Virus record (IMG/VR): IMGVR_UViG_3300036783_000204
Location: 1 to 64,000 of that record
Reading direction: 5' to 3' (one strand)
Length of the DNA stretch: 64,000 nucleotides
Origin: a virus
Taxonomy: Duplodnaviria; Caudoviricetes
Shown: positions 26,912 to 35,145 of the stretch, one piece after another
Numbering within the stretch: the first letter of the stretch is position 1
How the letters are laid out: each line of letters starts with the position of its first letter
Notes under the pieces: model-generated
What the model saw: only the letters and a program-made list of their open reading frames with translations
What the model was told of the DNA's origin: nothing
Databases searched by the model: none
Program-made: the position numbers and the translations under genes

Positions 26912-27400
26912 GTGCGCCGACGACTGAAGTACTGGCTACGTCTCGTGAAGTACTGGCTGCGACTTGCTGTCCGGAGTTCCGGCCCCACACTCCTCTTCTG
27001 GGCCGTATGGATATGGCTCGATATCCACGGCGGGCACCCCGCGCCGTGGATGTGGCTCCTCCGGGCCGGGGAAAGCGCCGCACTCCTGGGGTTGGCGACC
27101 TTCCTCGTGCACCGATTGCGGCTGAAGGACGCGGTGCATCTCCTTCAATACCCGCGCCTCACCCCGCCGCAGAATGTCCGCGTCTTCCTGGCCTCCGGCG
27201 ACGTGATTCCGGTGGAGTGTGTCCATGTCGCCTACGTGGGCCCTTTCCCGGTGTGGGAGGTCGCGACGCCGATGCCCGCAGGCGATCCCGTGCTCCAGAT
27301 CCGCGGAGAGCGGGGCCCGGACGGCGCCGTTGTCGTGTGCCCGCGCTCGAAGTCAGCCCCCCCGTCTCCGGCGTCGGGCCTCGGCCACCCAACGTTGTAG
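26912..27400 (+). CDS. Membrane protein
   Basis: Two hydrophobic segments; 21-bp duplication LKYWLRL/VKYWLRL at 26925-26958. Confidence 0.55.
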   Translation: MRRRLKYWLRLVKYWLRLAVRSSGPTLLFWAVWIWLDIHGGHPAPWMWLLRAGESAALLGLATFLVHRLRLKDAVHLLQYPRLTPPQNVRVFLASGDVIPVECVHVAYVGPFPVWEVATPMPAGDPVLQIRGERGPDGAVVVCPRSKSAPPSPASGLGHPTL

Positions 27401-27703
27401 GTCTTGGTAGCGGTAGCGCGGCCCGTCGGGTGTCTCCACCGGCTTCAGGCCACGCTCCCTCCAGGAGTAGATGGTGCGGCGCGACACGTTCATGGCGTCG
27501 GCCGCCAGTTCCGCCGTGAGCAGGTCGGTGGGCTCGTAGGTGTGGACGGCCGGGAGAATCCACCGTTGGGCCGCAGCGGCCATCTGGGCGTCCAGGAGGG
27601 CCACCCCGCCTGGGTCGATTCGCTCCCAGCCCCTGCGGTACATCTGAGCGACCCGCCGAGCGATGTCGAGGGGTGAATCCCCCGGCCACGGCCAGCCGCT
27701 CAC
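27353..27703 (-). CDS. HTH DNA-binding protein
   Basis: LTAELAADAMNVSRRTIYSWRERG. Confidence 0.8.
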   Translation of the reverse strand: MSGWPWPGDSPLDIARRVAQMYRRGWERIDPGGVALLDAQMAAAAQRWILPAVHTYEPTDLLTAELAADAMNVSRRTIYSWRERGLKPVETPDGPRYRYQDLQRWVAEARRRRRGG

Positions 27704-27882
27704 GATTCATCGCGCTCCCGTTGTTCGTTGCGGACCTGGGCGCGGCCCTCCCGCCGCTCCCGGCGGTTGCCCTGCCTTTTGATCCTCTTCACTGCTCCGG
27801 CCTTCTGTGTCCAGCAGTAGAGGCGACGCCAGGGGCCGTGGACGTCCTGCTCCGCGCTGCCGACGCGGCGCCGCTTCATCAT
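27700..27882 (-). CDS. Small basic protein
   Basis: MMKRRRV...KRIKRQGNRRERR; coupled overlaps. Confidence 0.6.
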   Translation of the reverse strand: MMKRRRVGSAEQDVHGPWRRLYCWTQKAGAVKRIKRQGNRRERREGRAQVRNEQRERDES

Positions 27883-28250
27883 GTGTCCTCGTCGGTCCTG
27901 TAGATGGCCGTGGGAATCCCGGCGGCCTTGGCCATCGCTGCGCAAGCGCTGGCTCCGGCGGAGTCCCCCCGGATGAACGCCAGACATTCGTCGGCACCGA
28001 GGCGCACCATTTCGGCGTTGCGGATCATCCCGGCGCGGCGGCGGTGCGTCTTCCAGTCGGCGGGGTGGATCTCGGTGGGGATCTTCCAGAGTCTGGCGAC
28101 GTACTGGGCGATCTGGTCTGCTCCGCGCGGGCAACCTCCGTTGACGATGAGCAGGTCTTCGTGCTTCTGCTTCGCCTCGACGATCGCCGTGGCGATGGTG
28201 GCGCCGTCGGTCCAGCTGCGGGAGCCGGTGATGAGGAGGCGGTAGGTCAT
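27879..28250 (-). CDS. YspA-like SLOG (DUF2493) protein
   Basis: LITGSRSW...NGGCPRGAD...ADW...AGMIRNAEM. Confidence 0.88.
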   Translation of the reverse strand: MTYRLLITGSRSWTDGATIATAIVEAKQKHEDLLIVNGGCPRGADQIAQYVARLWKIPTEIHPADWKTHRRRAGMIRNAEMVRLGADECLAFIRGDSAGASACAAMAKAAGIPTAIYRTDEDT

Positions 28251-28423
28251 TCCCACTCCGCGATCTCGACGGGTGGGCCGAACACGTCGACGATGATCGT
28301 GCGCTCAGCGAAGAGGCGACGGAACTTCCGGACGGCATCTCGGAGGGATTCGCCCGGCATCTCGCAGTAGCGGGGGTTGATCGCCTTCGGGCCGGTGAGG
28401 TACTTGATCAAGTATTTAGTCAT
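28247..28423 (-). CDS. Small hypothetical protein
   Basis: ATGA overlap; MTKYLIKYL. Confidence 0.5.
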   Translation of the reverse strand: MTKYLIKYLTGPKAINPRYCEMPGESLRDAVRKFRRLFAERTIIVDVFGPPVEIAEWE

Positions 28424-28631
28424 GCGGCTGCTCCTCGGAGTTGATTTTCCGGGCGAGGACGAGGGCCGCCCAGTCGTGGCGCCAGAACCGCACCGGAAGG
28501 TCGTCGACCGTGAAGGCCTCGTCTGCGAAGACGGCGGCCAGCAGCTGCGTTTCCTTGGGGTCGAGCCGAACCCCGTCTGGGCACTCGCGCAGGCGGGCAG
28601 CTGCTTCGCGTAGCTCGTCGGCGGGGCTCAT
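28416..28631 (-). CDS. Small hypothetical protein
   Basis: MSPADELREAAARLRE. Confidence 0.6.
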   Translation of the reverse strand: MSPADELREAAARLRECPDGVRLDPKETQLLAAVFADEAFTVDDLPVRFWRHDWAALVLARKINSEEQPHD

Positions 28632-28846
28632 GCATCCTCCAGGGCGCGTTCCTCGCGCCAGGCCGCAACCTGGGCCTGGATGCTGAGGGTCACCTGAAGC
28701 CTCGTGCGCTCCCACGCACGCTGAAGTCCTTCGCACACCTTGGAAAGGTGCTCAGCGTCGGCCCAGGACACCGCAGCGTCTCCGAGTCGTTCGATGCGCC
28801 ACATCGGCGCACCCCCGCAGATCTCGCAACAAAATGCGTAGCTCAT
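28628..28846 (-). CDS. Small hypothetical protein
   Basis: ATGA overlap; CCEICGG. Confidence 0.6.
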   Translation of the reverse strand: MSYAFCCEICGGAPMWRIERLGDAAVSWADAEHLSKVCEGLQRAWERTRLQVTLSIQAQVAAWREERALEDA

Positions 28847-29610
28847 GCGACATTCACCTTCCGTTCTTCGCGGTCGACGAGGACCAGGCACAGATGCTCG
28901 TATTCGTCCCAGGTGTAGGGCCGGTTGCATTCCCGGCATTCGATGAGGTCCGACCCGTCTTCCCGTTCCAGTGCCATCGCTTCGCAGCGCGGGCAGGGAA
29001 CGGGTAGGCGGTGGGTCAGCTTCGTGTAGCCGAGGAAGACGCGGCACCGTTGGTGCAGGCGAAGGAAATTCTGGGCGCCGTCGAGTCCGTCGCGGGCGGC
29101 GATGTAGCGGTGGCCGCACTCCCAGATCACGTGCTTCTCGTCGCGTAGCGCCAGGAATGCGGTGGTGGAGCCGGACAGCAGCTGGCAGGCCCGGTCCAGG
29201 CGCCAGCCGGGGCGGACGCGGCCTGTCGTCCAGGTGACGTTGAGGACGTTCGCGACGCTGCGGGCCCAGGCATCGGCCTCGCGCACCAGATCACGTTGCA
29301 GGGCTTCGATGTGCAACCGGATGGGCACGGGAAGTTCACGGGTCATCCGCACCGGCTCCCCGCCGACGGTGGTGCCTTTACCCAGGATGAGGTTCAGTTT
29401 CGTGTAGTCGCCGGGGAGTTCGCCGAGCGCGCGTTCCACGTGTCGGGTACAGGTGTCGCAGAGGCCGTCGAAGGCGTTGATGGCTCGGCCGAGCCGTGTT
29501 CCGTCGACCATTTCGTAGTCGGGGCAATGTTCCCCGCGTCGGCAGCGATGTTCCATGGCCATCCTCCAGCCGCATTGGTAGGCTTCGGCTACCAACGGCT
29601 TTCGTGACAT
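28843..29610 (-). CDS. Zn-finger protein, possible late regulator
   Basis: CDTC, CPRC...CREC; end of early operon. Confidence 0.65.
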   Translation of the reverse strand: MSRKPLVAEAYQCGWRMAMEHRCRRGEHCPDYEMVDGTRLGRAINAFDGLCDTCTRHVERALGELPGDYTKLNLILGKGTTVGGEPVRMTRELPVPIRLHIEALQRDLVREADAWARSVANVLNVTWTTGRVRPGWRLDRACQLLSGSTTAFLALRDEKHVIWECGHRYIAARDGLDGAQNFLRLHQRCRVFLGYTKLTHRLPVPCPRCEAMALEREDGSDLIECRECNRPYTWDEYEHLCLVLVDREERKVNVA

Positions 29611-29664
29611 GGCTGCTGCGAATCCCGATGCGGAACCCCCGGGCGCCCCTTCCCGGGGGTTTCT

Positions 29665-30129
29665 TTATGTGCTGTCGTCCTCGTCTGAAACGTGGCTGTT
29701 GACGACCCTGGCGAATGCGAGGGCACGGGCGTCCACGTCGAGCACGTCGGCCGCGGCGGAGTCGAGCCACGCCGCGAGGGGTTCAGCAACGGCGGGGCCC
29801 ATGAGGGCGATCCAGGAGGCGTTGCCTGCCATGTGGGCGGATTCGAGGTCGGCGATGGTGCCGTGGGTAGTCCAGCCGGGCTCTTCGGTTTCGTGCGTGA
29901 CCCACCAGCAGTTGTGCTGTTCGAGGTATTCGGCAGCCCATGTCCCGCCGCTGGTGTTGGCGGCGAGTTCGCGCAGGCGTGCCGCTGCGGTACGGAGTTC
30001 ACTCAGGTCGCGCATACACGTGCACGCGCGTAGGTACGTTCGCTTGTAGTTGCACTCGGCTTCGTGCGTCGACGCTTCGCGTCTCCACGTGCATTCACTG
30101 CACATACACGTGTTCACGTTGATATGCAT
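29665..30129 (-). CDS. Ead/Ea22-like hypothetical protein
   Basis: AARLRELAA...NASWIALMGPAVAEPLAAWL; start uncertain. Confidence 0.6.
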   Translation of the reverse strand: MHINVNTCMCSECTWRREASTHEAECNYKRTYLRACTCMRDLSELRTAAARLRELAANTSGGTWAAEYLEQHNCWWVTHETEEPGWTTHGTIADLESAHMAGNASWIALMGPAVAEPLAAWLDSAAADVLDVDARALAFARVVNSHVSDEDDST

Positions 30130-30710
30130 GTGCTCACCTCCCTGGCGCAGTAGGGGTGCCCGGCGCGCACCAGGAGCGCCATCAGGTCGCCCAGCTCGAC
30201 GCGGATCGGCGTCGTGGCCAGCGGCCCGCGGAAGGTGCCTTCGACAGCGAGGAAGACGAGATCGCAGGCGGGTAGCCAGGCCCACCATTTGCCGGGGTCG
30301 GCCTTTCCCGGCCGCCGTTGGATCAGGAAGCCCATGACGGCGCCTGCCGCCTGGGTCTGCTCCTGGGTCTCCGCCATGGCGTCCCGGATTTCCCTGTCCG
30401 TCATGTACTGGCGGTACTTCAGCTGCCACACGAACGGGGTGCCTCGGATGTCCCCGGTATCGGCGCTTGCGCGGTCGGTGGTGCGGAAGCCGGTGACGAC
30501 AGCGCGTTCGGACTCCGGCCACCAGGTCTTGAGGTACTTCGCGAGGGTGCGCTCCGCGACGGCGCCCTTCTGGCGTGAGGCTCGTCCCAGTGCAGCGTGG
30601 TCGGTCAGTTCACGTTCGCCTGCCTGCGGGTAAAGGGTCGGGCGGCCACATATCCGGTGACCGCCCGACAGGCTATTGTGTGACGGATTACGAGTCCGTT
30701 GCCCACTCAA
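30114..30710 (-). CDS. PD-(D/E)XK Holliday junction resolvase-like protein
   Basis: SRQKGAVAER...DTGDI...WQLK; true start probably near 30610. Confidence 0.7.
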   Translation of the reverse strand: MSGQRTRNPSHNSLSGGHRICGRPTLYPQAGERELTDHAALGRASRQKGAVAERTLAKYLKTWWPESERAVVTGFRTTDRASADTGDIRGTPFVWQLKYRQYMTDREIRDAMAETQEQTQAAGAVMGFLIQRRPGKADPGKWWAWLPACDLVFLAVEGTFRGPLATTPIRVELGDLMALLVRAGHPYCAREVSTCIST

Positions 30711-30743
30711 AGGGCGACAATGGAACTACCATTTCGTGGCGTC

Positions 30744-30866
30744 ACCACGTTTAAACGTCCGAATCAGGGTCAGTACTGCTGTGCTCTCCTGTTGAGCTAC
30801 GGAGCCATGGTGGAGGCTCCGGCCGGATTTGCACCGGCATCCCAGCAAGTATCGTCCGGACGTGGT
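30744..30866 (-). ncRNA. Permuted tRNA-mimic (YrlA/Y-RNA-like) RNA B
   Basis: T arm gccgg-TGCAAAT-ccggc, loop-closed acceptor cggagcc/ggctccg, D arm gctc/gagc, long closing stem. Confidence 0.8.
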
Positions 30867-30910
30867 CGATGTGACACACGGTAGCAATGCTGAGTCTGCG
30901 GCAAGAATCT

Positions 30911-31005
30911 GATCCGCGTCCCGCGCCTCTACCGCTTGGGCTACCCGGGCATGAAGAGCCCAGGGCAGGATTCGAACCTGCACGTAACGGGATATTCGGG
31001 TGATC
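30911..31005 (-). ncRNA. Permuted tRNA-mimic (YrlA/Y-RNA-like) RNA A
   Basis: T arm gcagg-TTCGAAT-cctgc, loop-closed acceptor cctgggc/gcccggg, D arm gcc-caagcggtaga-ggc, closing stem tcccg/cggga. Confidence 0.85.
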
Positions 31006-31056
31006 GTCAGTCTGAGTCTGTGCTGAATCTGTGCCATCCCTGCTGCGCAGGGAAAC

Positions 31057-31791
31057 CTAGGGGCGGAGGAGGAACTCGAAGAACGACTTGCCGATCTTCA
31101 GCTCCGCAACCTCCGCCGAGTTCGCTGCCTCACGTGCCGTCTTCACTGCCCGCTGAAGCGCCTCCACGCGTTCCGTCAGCACCTTAATGCGGGCCGCCTG
31201 GAGCGCGCCGGAGAACTTCACCGTCGTCCACGTTCCCACAATAACGTCTTCGTGGAAAGCGTCCACGATGGCCTGGTGGTGCTCGGTCGCCGGGGCGCGC
31301 ACGAAGGCCTTCGGGACCTTCTTCGTGCGTGTCGTCTCGACCGGGTCGGTGGCGAACGCGTCGGTGGTGTCGTCGTAGGTCCAGTGCTCGGCCTGGTCCA
31401 GCATCGGCAGTTTGCGCACGAACGTGGCGAGGTCCACGAGCTGCTTCTCCAAGAACAGCAGGACGGTGACGGGCACCGCTTCGAGGACGGTGACATCGCC
31501 GACGACAACATCGGCGGTGGCGCCACGGTTGGAGTTTTCCAGGCTGGCCACCACATCGAACATGCGGCTCAGCCGGTCGGCCACCTGGTCGATGACCTCG
31601 GTGGCGCGGACCTGCACCCGCGTCGACTCCGGCGGAAGGTGGTCTCCCTCCTCGTCGCGCGGCTGGTAGGTGCGGGCCAGGCCCGAAAGCAGGGCAGGCT
31701 TCGCCAGGGTGTGGTAGGCGTTGGTCAGTTCGCCTGCCGCGCCGGACTTCTCGCCCTTGGCGATCGCAATCAGCTGGTGAAGCTGGGTCAT
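31057..31791 (-). CDS. 244-aa helical protein of unknown function (recalled as DUF7873-like, unverified)
   Basis: LHQLIAIAKGEKS...RTYQPRDEEG...LLFLEKQL...GTWTTVKFSGAL. Confidence 0.8.
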   Translation of the reverse strand: MTQLHQLIAIAKGEKSGAAGELTNAYHTLAKPALLSGLARTYQPRDEEGDHLPPESTRVQVRATEVIDQVADRLSRMFDVVASLENSNRGATADVVVGDVTVLEAVPVTVLLFLEKQLVDLATFVRKLPMLDQAEHWTYDDTTDAFATDPVETTRTKKVPKAFVRAPATEHHQAIVDAFHEDVIVGTWTTVKFSGALQAARIKVLTERVEALQRAVKTAREAANSAEVAELKIGKSFFEFLLRP

Positions 31792-31798
31792 GTGCTCC

Positions 31799-32035
31799 TC
31801 ATTTCACTGAGTCTGTTTCCTCGGGTTCCCTGTGTGCAACCCGAGCCTCTTTCCCCTCCTGGAACCCTTTCCGGAAGCCGTAGAGGGCCAGGAAACCGCC
31901 ACTGGCAACGGACGCAAGGATCATCGGCACCAGGAACAGCGGGTACGCGGACGCGGCCGCGCTGCTGATAAGGGCGACGAAGCTGCCCAGGCCGCCCTGT
32001 AGGAGAAGCATGCAGTCGGGAATCCGTCGAATCAC
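31799..32035 (-). CDS. Small two-TM protein
   Basis: Hydrophobic; coupled. Confidence 0.55.
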   Translation of the reverse strand: MIRRIPDCMLLLQGGLGSFVALISSAAASAYPLFLVPMILASVASGGFLALYGFRKGFQEGKEARVAHREPEETDSVK

Positions 32036-32163
32036 CTGTCCTCCTTCGCATCCCGCAGGATCGCGGCGGTCTCTGCCGCCCAGCGGTCAAGCTTTTCGTT
32101 GACGTGCTTCAGTTCGGTGTAGATGGCGCGCAGGAGAAGCACGACGGCATCGTCCTTCTCCAT
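32032..32163 (-). CDS. Small hypothetical protein
   Basis: MEKDDAVVLLLRAI; TGATG coupling. Confidence 0.5.
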   Translation of the reverse strand: MEKDDAVVLLLRAIYTELKHVNEKLDRWAAETAAILRDAKEDR

Positions 32164-32447
32164 CAGATGAACTCCGTCTTCTCCACCGGCGCCCAGGCCA
32201 CTGAATCCTGGTTGTAGGACAGGCGAAGTTCGGTCAGCTCCTCCTTCAATGCATCCTTCTCGGCCTCCGGGTATTGGATGACGATGCAGGCGTTCTGGAA
32301 CGCGGTGTCGGGCGCAGAGAACCACTCCCCGAGGATGGAGCTTGAATACTGCCGCATGATCCGCCGGAAGTCGCGGATGTATTCCGCGTACTCCCGTTGG
32401 GTCAGCTTGCCGTCGCTGTTGCCGATCGAAACGTAGACGGTGTTCAT
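32163..32447 (-). CDS. Hypothetical protein
   Basis: VYVSIGNSDGKLTQREY...QDSVAW. Confidence 0.75.
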   Translation of the reverse strand: MNTVYVSIGNSDGKLTQREYAEYIRDFRRIMRQYSSSILGEWFSAPDTAFQNACIVIQYPEAEKDALKEELTELRLSYNQDSVAWAPVEKTEFI

Positions 32448-32457
32448 GGAACGCCCT

Positions 32458-32949
32458 TCAGATGCACACGTTGGGGTCGAGGTGGTCCGGCAGGTCCGCG
32501 TCGCGCCAGTCTTCGGTGAGGTAGGACCGCGCGTCGGTGTTGTAGCTGGACACGACGTTGACGCACTGCTGTTGCAGTCCACTGAGGACAGTGCGCAGGT
32601 TGTTGTCCTGTTGGGCCACTGGGTCGTACGGCGTGTCGTTCCCGATCACGGTGTGCGCGCGTTCGTAGTTCGTAATGTCCTGCTTCGCCGTCGCGATCTT
32701 CGCCTTGAACGCGTCGACGTCGTTGGCTTCCCGGTGGAATTCCCGCTGCGCGGAAGTCCAGTTCTGCGAGGAGTTCTTCTCCTGGCGAGCGTCGCCCTTC
32801 CCCTGCCACGGGGCGGTGAGCACCCCGAACATCCAGAACGCGACGACGACCAGGGAGATCAGGACGATGGGCCACAGGGCCCACTTGAGGATCGTCACTA
32901 CGGGCCGGGACTCCAGCTCCTCAGTCCAGTCTCGTGCACTGCGGGACAT
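32458..32949 (-). CDS. Membrane-anchored helical protein
   Basis: N-terminal TM; CVNVVSSYN. Confidence 0.75.
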   Translation of the reverse strand: MSRSARDWTEELESRPVVTILKWALWPIVLISLVVVAFWMFGVLTAPWQGKGDARQEKNSSQNWTSAQREFHREANDVDAFKAKIATAKQDITNYERAHTVIGNDTPYDPVAQQDNNLRTVLSGLQQQCVNVVSSYNTDARSYLTEDWRDADLPDHLDPNVCI

Positions 32950-33551
32950 CAGTGGCCCACCTTCACGCCGCCGTGGTTAGTGGACGGCTTGTCTGCGATG
33001 TTGTAGGTGATGAGCGGCTGCGTCGTGAGGTTGAGTGGGGCGTCTGCTTCCACCCAGGTCGCCGATTTCGGCAACTGGATTTCCACGCCGGAGGCAGTGA
33101 AGAACGCTGCTTCCCCTGCCTCGGGGCCCCAGGTCCCATTGTCGCCGGGCGATTCGGTGACGACGCCGCAGGCGCCTGATCCTCCCGCGCATCCGTTGAT
33201 GGTCTGGGAGTTGGTCATCTGGCTGTTCGGGTCGAAGACCATTCCTTGGATCGGCCACTGGGAGACGACTTGGCCTTGCTGGGTCAGCAGAATCACCCAG
33301 CGCATGGCCTTCTTGTCGTTCTGTCGCTTCAGGTGCTCAGCCAGTTCCGTACGTTCCAGCCAGCCGCCGCTCTTCATGTCGTCGAGTGGGTAGGGCACGG
33401 CCTGCTGTGCAGCCTGCTGGTAGGCGTTGGTGACGGCCTGGGCTTGCGACTGCGCGCTGTCGGTGGCATCGCAGGACCCGGCGAGGGTGAACACCAGTAC
33501 GCCTGCGCCGGTGAGCGCAGCGCATGTTCGTTGTGTCTTCTTGTGCATCAT
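32949..33551 (-). CDS. Putative lipoprotein
   Basis: Signal peptide with LAGSC lipobox; ESPGDNGTWG. Confidence 0.75.
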   Translation of the reverse strand: MMHKKTQRTCAALTGAGVLVFTLAGSCDATDSAQSQAQAVTNAYQQAAQQAVPYPLDDMKSGGWLERTELAEHLKRQNDKKAMRWVILLTQQGQVVSQWPIQGMVFDPNSQMTNSQTINGCAGGSGACGVVTESPGDNGTWGPEAGEAAFFTASGVEIQLPKSATWVEADAPLNLTTQPLITYNIADKPSTNHGGVKVGH

Positions 33552-33728
33552 GTGCCTTTTCGGTGTGGTGTGGCGGCGGGCGGGTCCACCCGTTCCGTTG
33601 CCAGGAAGGGGAAGTTGGCAACGGTCGTGGTTGGTTCCACGCTCTGCTTCCGGACTCGCGCGTGGGGGTGTCGCGCGCCGGTGAAACCCCGTACTCCCGC
33701 TCTTACCTTCGGGTCGGCCACGTGTGGA

Positions 33729-33863
33729 TCAGCGGCCCCTGGAACAGTCCATCTTGTGGTGTGCACGGCTGAAGCGTCGGCACTCTGGGCAGCGTCCATT
33801 CAGCCGGTACCAGAGGCGGACCATGCACCATTGCAGTCGATCGAGGATCGCTCTCAGGTTCAT
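33729..33863 (-). CDS. Small Cys/His protein
   Basis: MNLRAILDRL...CPEC...HHKMDC; ATGA overlap. Confidence 0.55.
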   Translation of the reverse strand: MNLRAILDRLQWCMVRLWYRLNGRCPECRRFSRAHHKMDCSRGR

Positions 33864-34102
33864 CAGACCTCCTCCCCCGAGGATTCCTCGGGCGCAGCAG
33901 GCGGGGCAGGCAGGCCGGTCACGAGCTGGAAATCGAACCGACAGCCGAGCAGCCACGCCCAGTAGTCCAGGGTGGACAGCGGCGTGACGGCCTTACCCCT
34001 GAGTACCTCGTTCAGGTGCTTCGTGGAGACGCCTGCGAGGCGGCAGAACTCGGCCTGGCTGATGCCACGCTCGTCGAGTGCCTCGCCGATCAGGGCGCCC
34101 AT
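33863..34102 (-). CDS. XRE-family HTH protein
   Basis: GISQAEFCRLAGVSTKHLNEVLRG. Confidence 0.85.
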   Translation of the reverse strand: MGALIGEALDERGISQAEFCRLAGVSTKHLNEVLRGKAVTPLSTLDYWAWLLGCRFDFQLVTGLPAPPAAPEESSGEEV

Positions 34103-34122
34103 TCGGTGAACGGTGAGATGGC

Positions 34123-34551
34123 TCAGAACGGCGGCTCCTCGTCGCCGGTCCAGCGGTGCTCCTCCGCGGACGGTCCACTGGTGCGTGTCGCCTTCTGAAT
34201 CTTCGCTGTCGCATACCGGAGCGACGGGCCGATCTCGTCGACCTGCATCTCAACGACGGTGCGCTTCTCGCCCTCTCGCGTCTCGTACGAGCGCTGAACG
34301 AGCCGTCCCTGGACGATTACCCTCGCGCCCCGGGTGAGGCTCTCTGCGAGGTTCTCAGCCGTTGTTCGCCAGACGGAGCATCGGAGGAACAGCGCCTCGC
34401 CGTCCTTCCACTGCCCCGAAGTCTTGTCGAAAGTGCGAGGTGTGGAAGCGACGGTGAAGCTCGCGACGGCCGCGCCAGTCGAGACGAACCTGATTTCCGG
34501 GTCAGCGGTGAGGTTCCCGACAACAGTGATTACGACGTCGCCTGCCACCAA
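34123..34551 (-). CDS. ssb: Single-stranded DNA-binding protein
   Basis: [10 protein letters not shown]...[10 protein letters not shown]...EEPPF. Confidence 0.97.
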   Translation of the reverse strand: MVAGDVVITVVGNLTADPEIRFVSTGAAVASFTVASTPRTFDKTSGQWKDGEALFLRCSVWRTTAENLAESLTRGARVIVQGRLVQRSYETREGEKRTVVEMQVDEIGPSLRYATAKIQKATRTSGPSAEEHRWTGDEEPPF

Positions 34552-34573
34552 CTACTCCTCTCGATCTTGATGG

Positions 34574-34936
34574 TCATCGGAGTCCAGCTAGGACGATGAG
34601 CGGGAGCTTCCTCCATGTGCGTATAACCCTCCGACCCTCATCGCCCGTTCCCTCGTATTCATCTCCGTCAAGCACCGTGAAGCGGGCTAGCACGCCGCTT
34701 TCCGGATCTACTCCGACAAGTTCAAGGGTTGCCTCGTAGGCGAGTGCCCCTATGCGCTTGACCAAACCGGTGCTGACTCTCCCGAACGGCCGGAACATGC
34801 ACCAATCGTCATCGAAGACGGTAAACTCGTCGAGCTGGCGATACACAGAGAGCGTTACCTGGCGACTGCCGACCATCAGCACGCGCACCTCCGCCGTCAG
34901 CGTCTCGACGGTGGCCGTCTGTGTGCCAGTGGCCAC
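34574..34936 (-). CDS. Hypothetical protein
   Basis: RQVTLSVYRQLD...LPLIVLAG. Confidence 0.65.
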   Translation of the reverse strand: MATGTQTATVETLTAEVRVLMVGSRQVTLSVYRQLDEFTVFDDDWCMFRPFGRVSTGLVKRIGALAYEATLELVGVDPESGVLARFTVLDGDEYEGTGDEGRRVIRTWRKLPLIVLAGLR

Positions 34937-35145
34937 TACTCCTCCTCCGGGCTCGTGGTGGCCTTCGCCATCTTCGCTTTCGCTTCCTCGCGAAGCCTCG
35001 CGGCGCGCTTCCGAAGGATCTTCGCCAGCTCGTCCTCAGTGGTGCGGTCGATCGCCGCCTTCGTGGCGTCGGCGACGAGGGTTCCGGCGACGTAGCCGAG
35101 GCAGGCGGAGATGCCCAGCCAGCAGAACAGGATCAGGTTCTTCAT
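34936..35145 (-). CDS. Small membrane-anchored protein
   Basis: N-terminal TM. Confidence 0.55.
   Translation of the reverse strand: MKNLILFCWLGISACLGYVAGTLVADATKAAIDRTTEDELAKILRKRAARLREEAKAKMAKATTSPEEE

Noticed and set aside
26925-26958. 21-bp tandem duplication (LKYWLRL/VKYWLRL)
   Set aside because: Only two copies inside a CDS; probably simple slippage
30744-31005. Ordinary tRNAs, split tRNA, or two-piece tmRNA
   Set aside because: No anticodon arm; the A 5' half and B 3' half do not pair; too short for a tmRNA coding piece and no tag frame seen
30726-31037. 103-aa ORF downstream of the 244-aa gene
   Set aside because: Lies exactly over the two tRNA-mimic RNAs; reads like translated tRNA sequence (VQVRILP, VAQAVEA)
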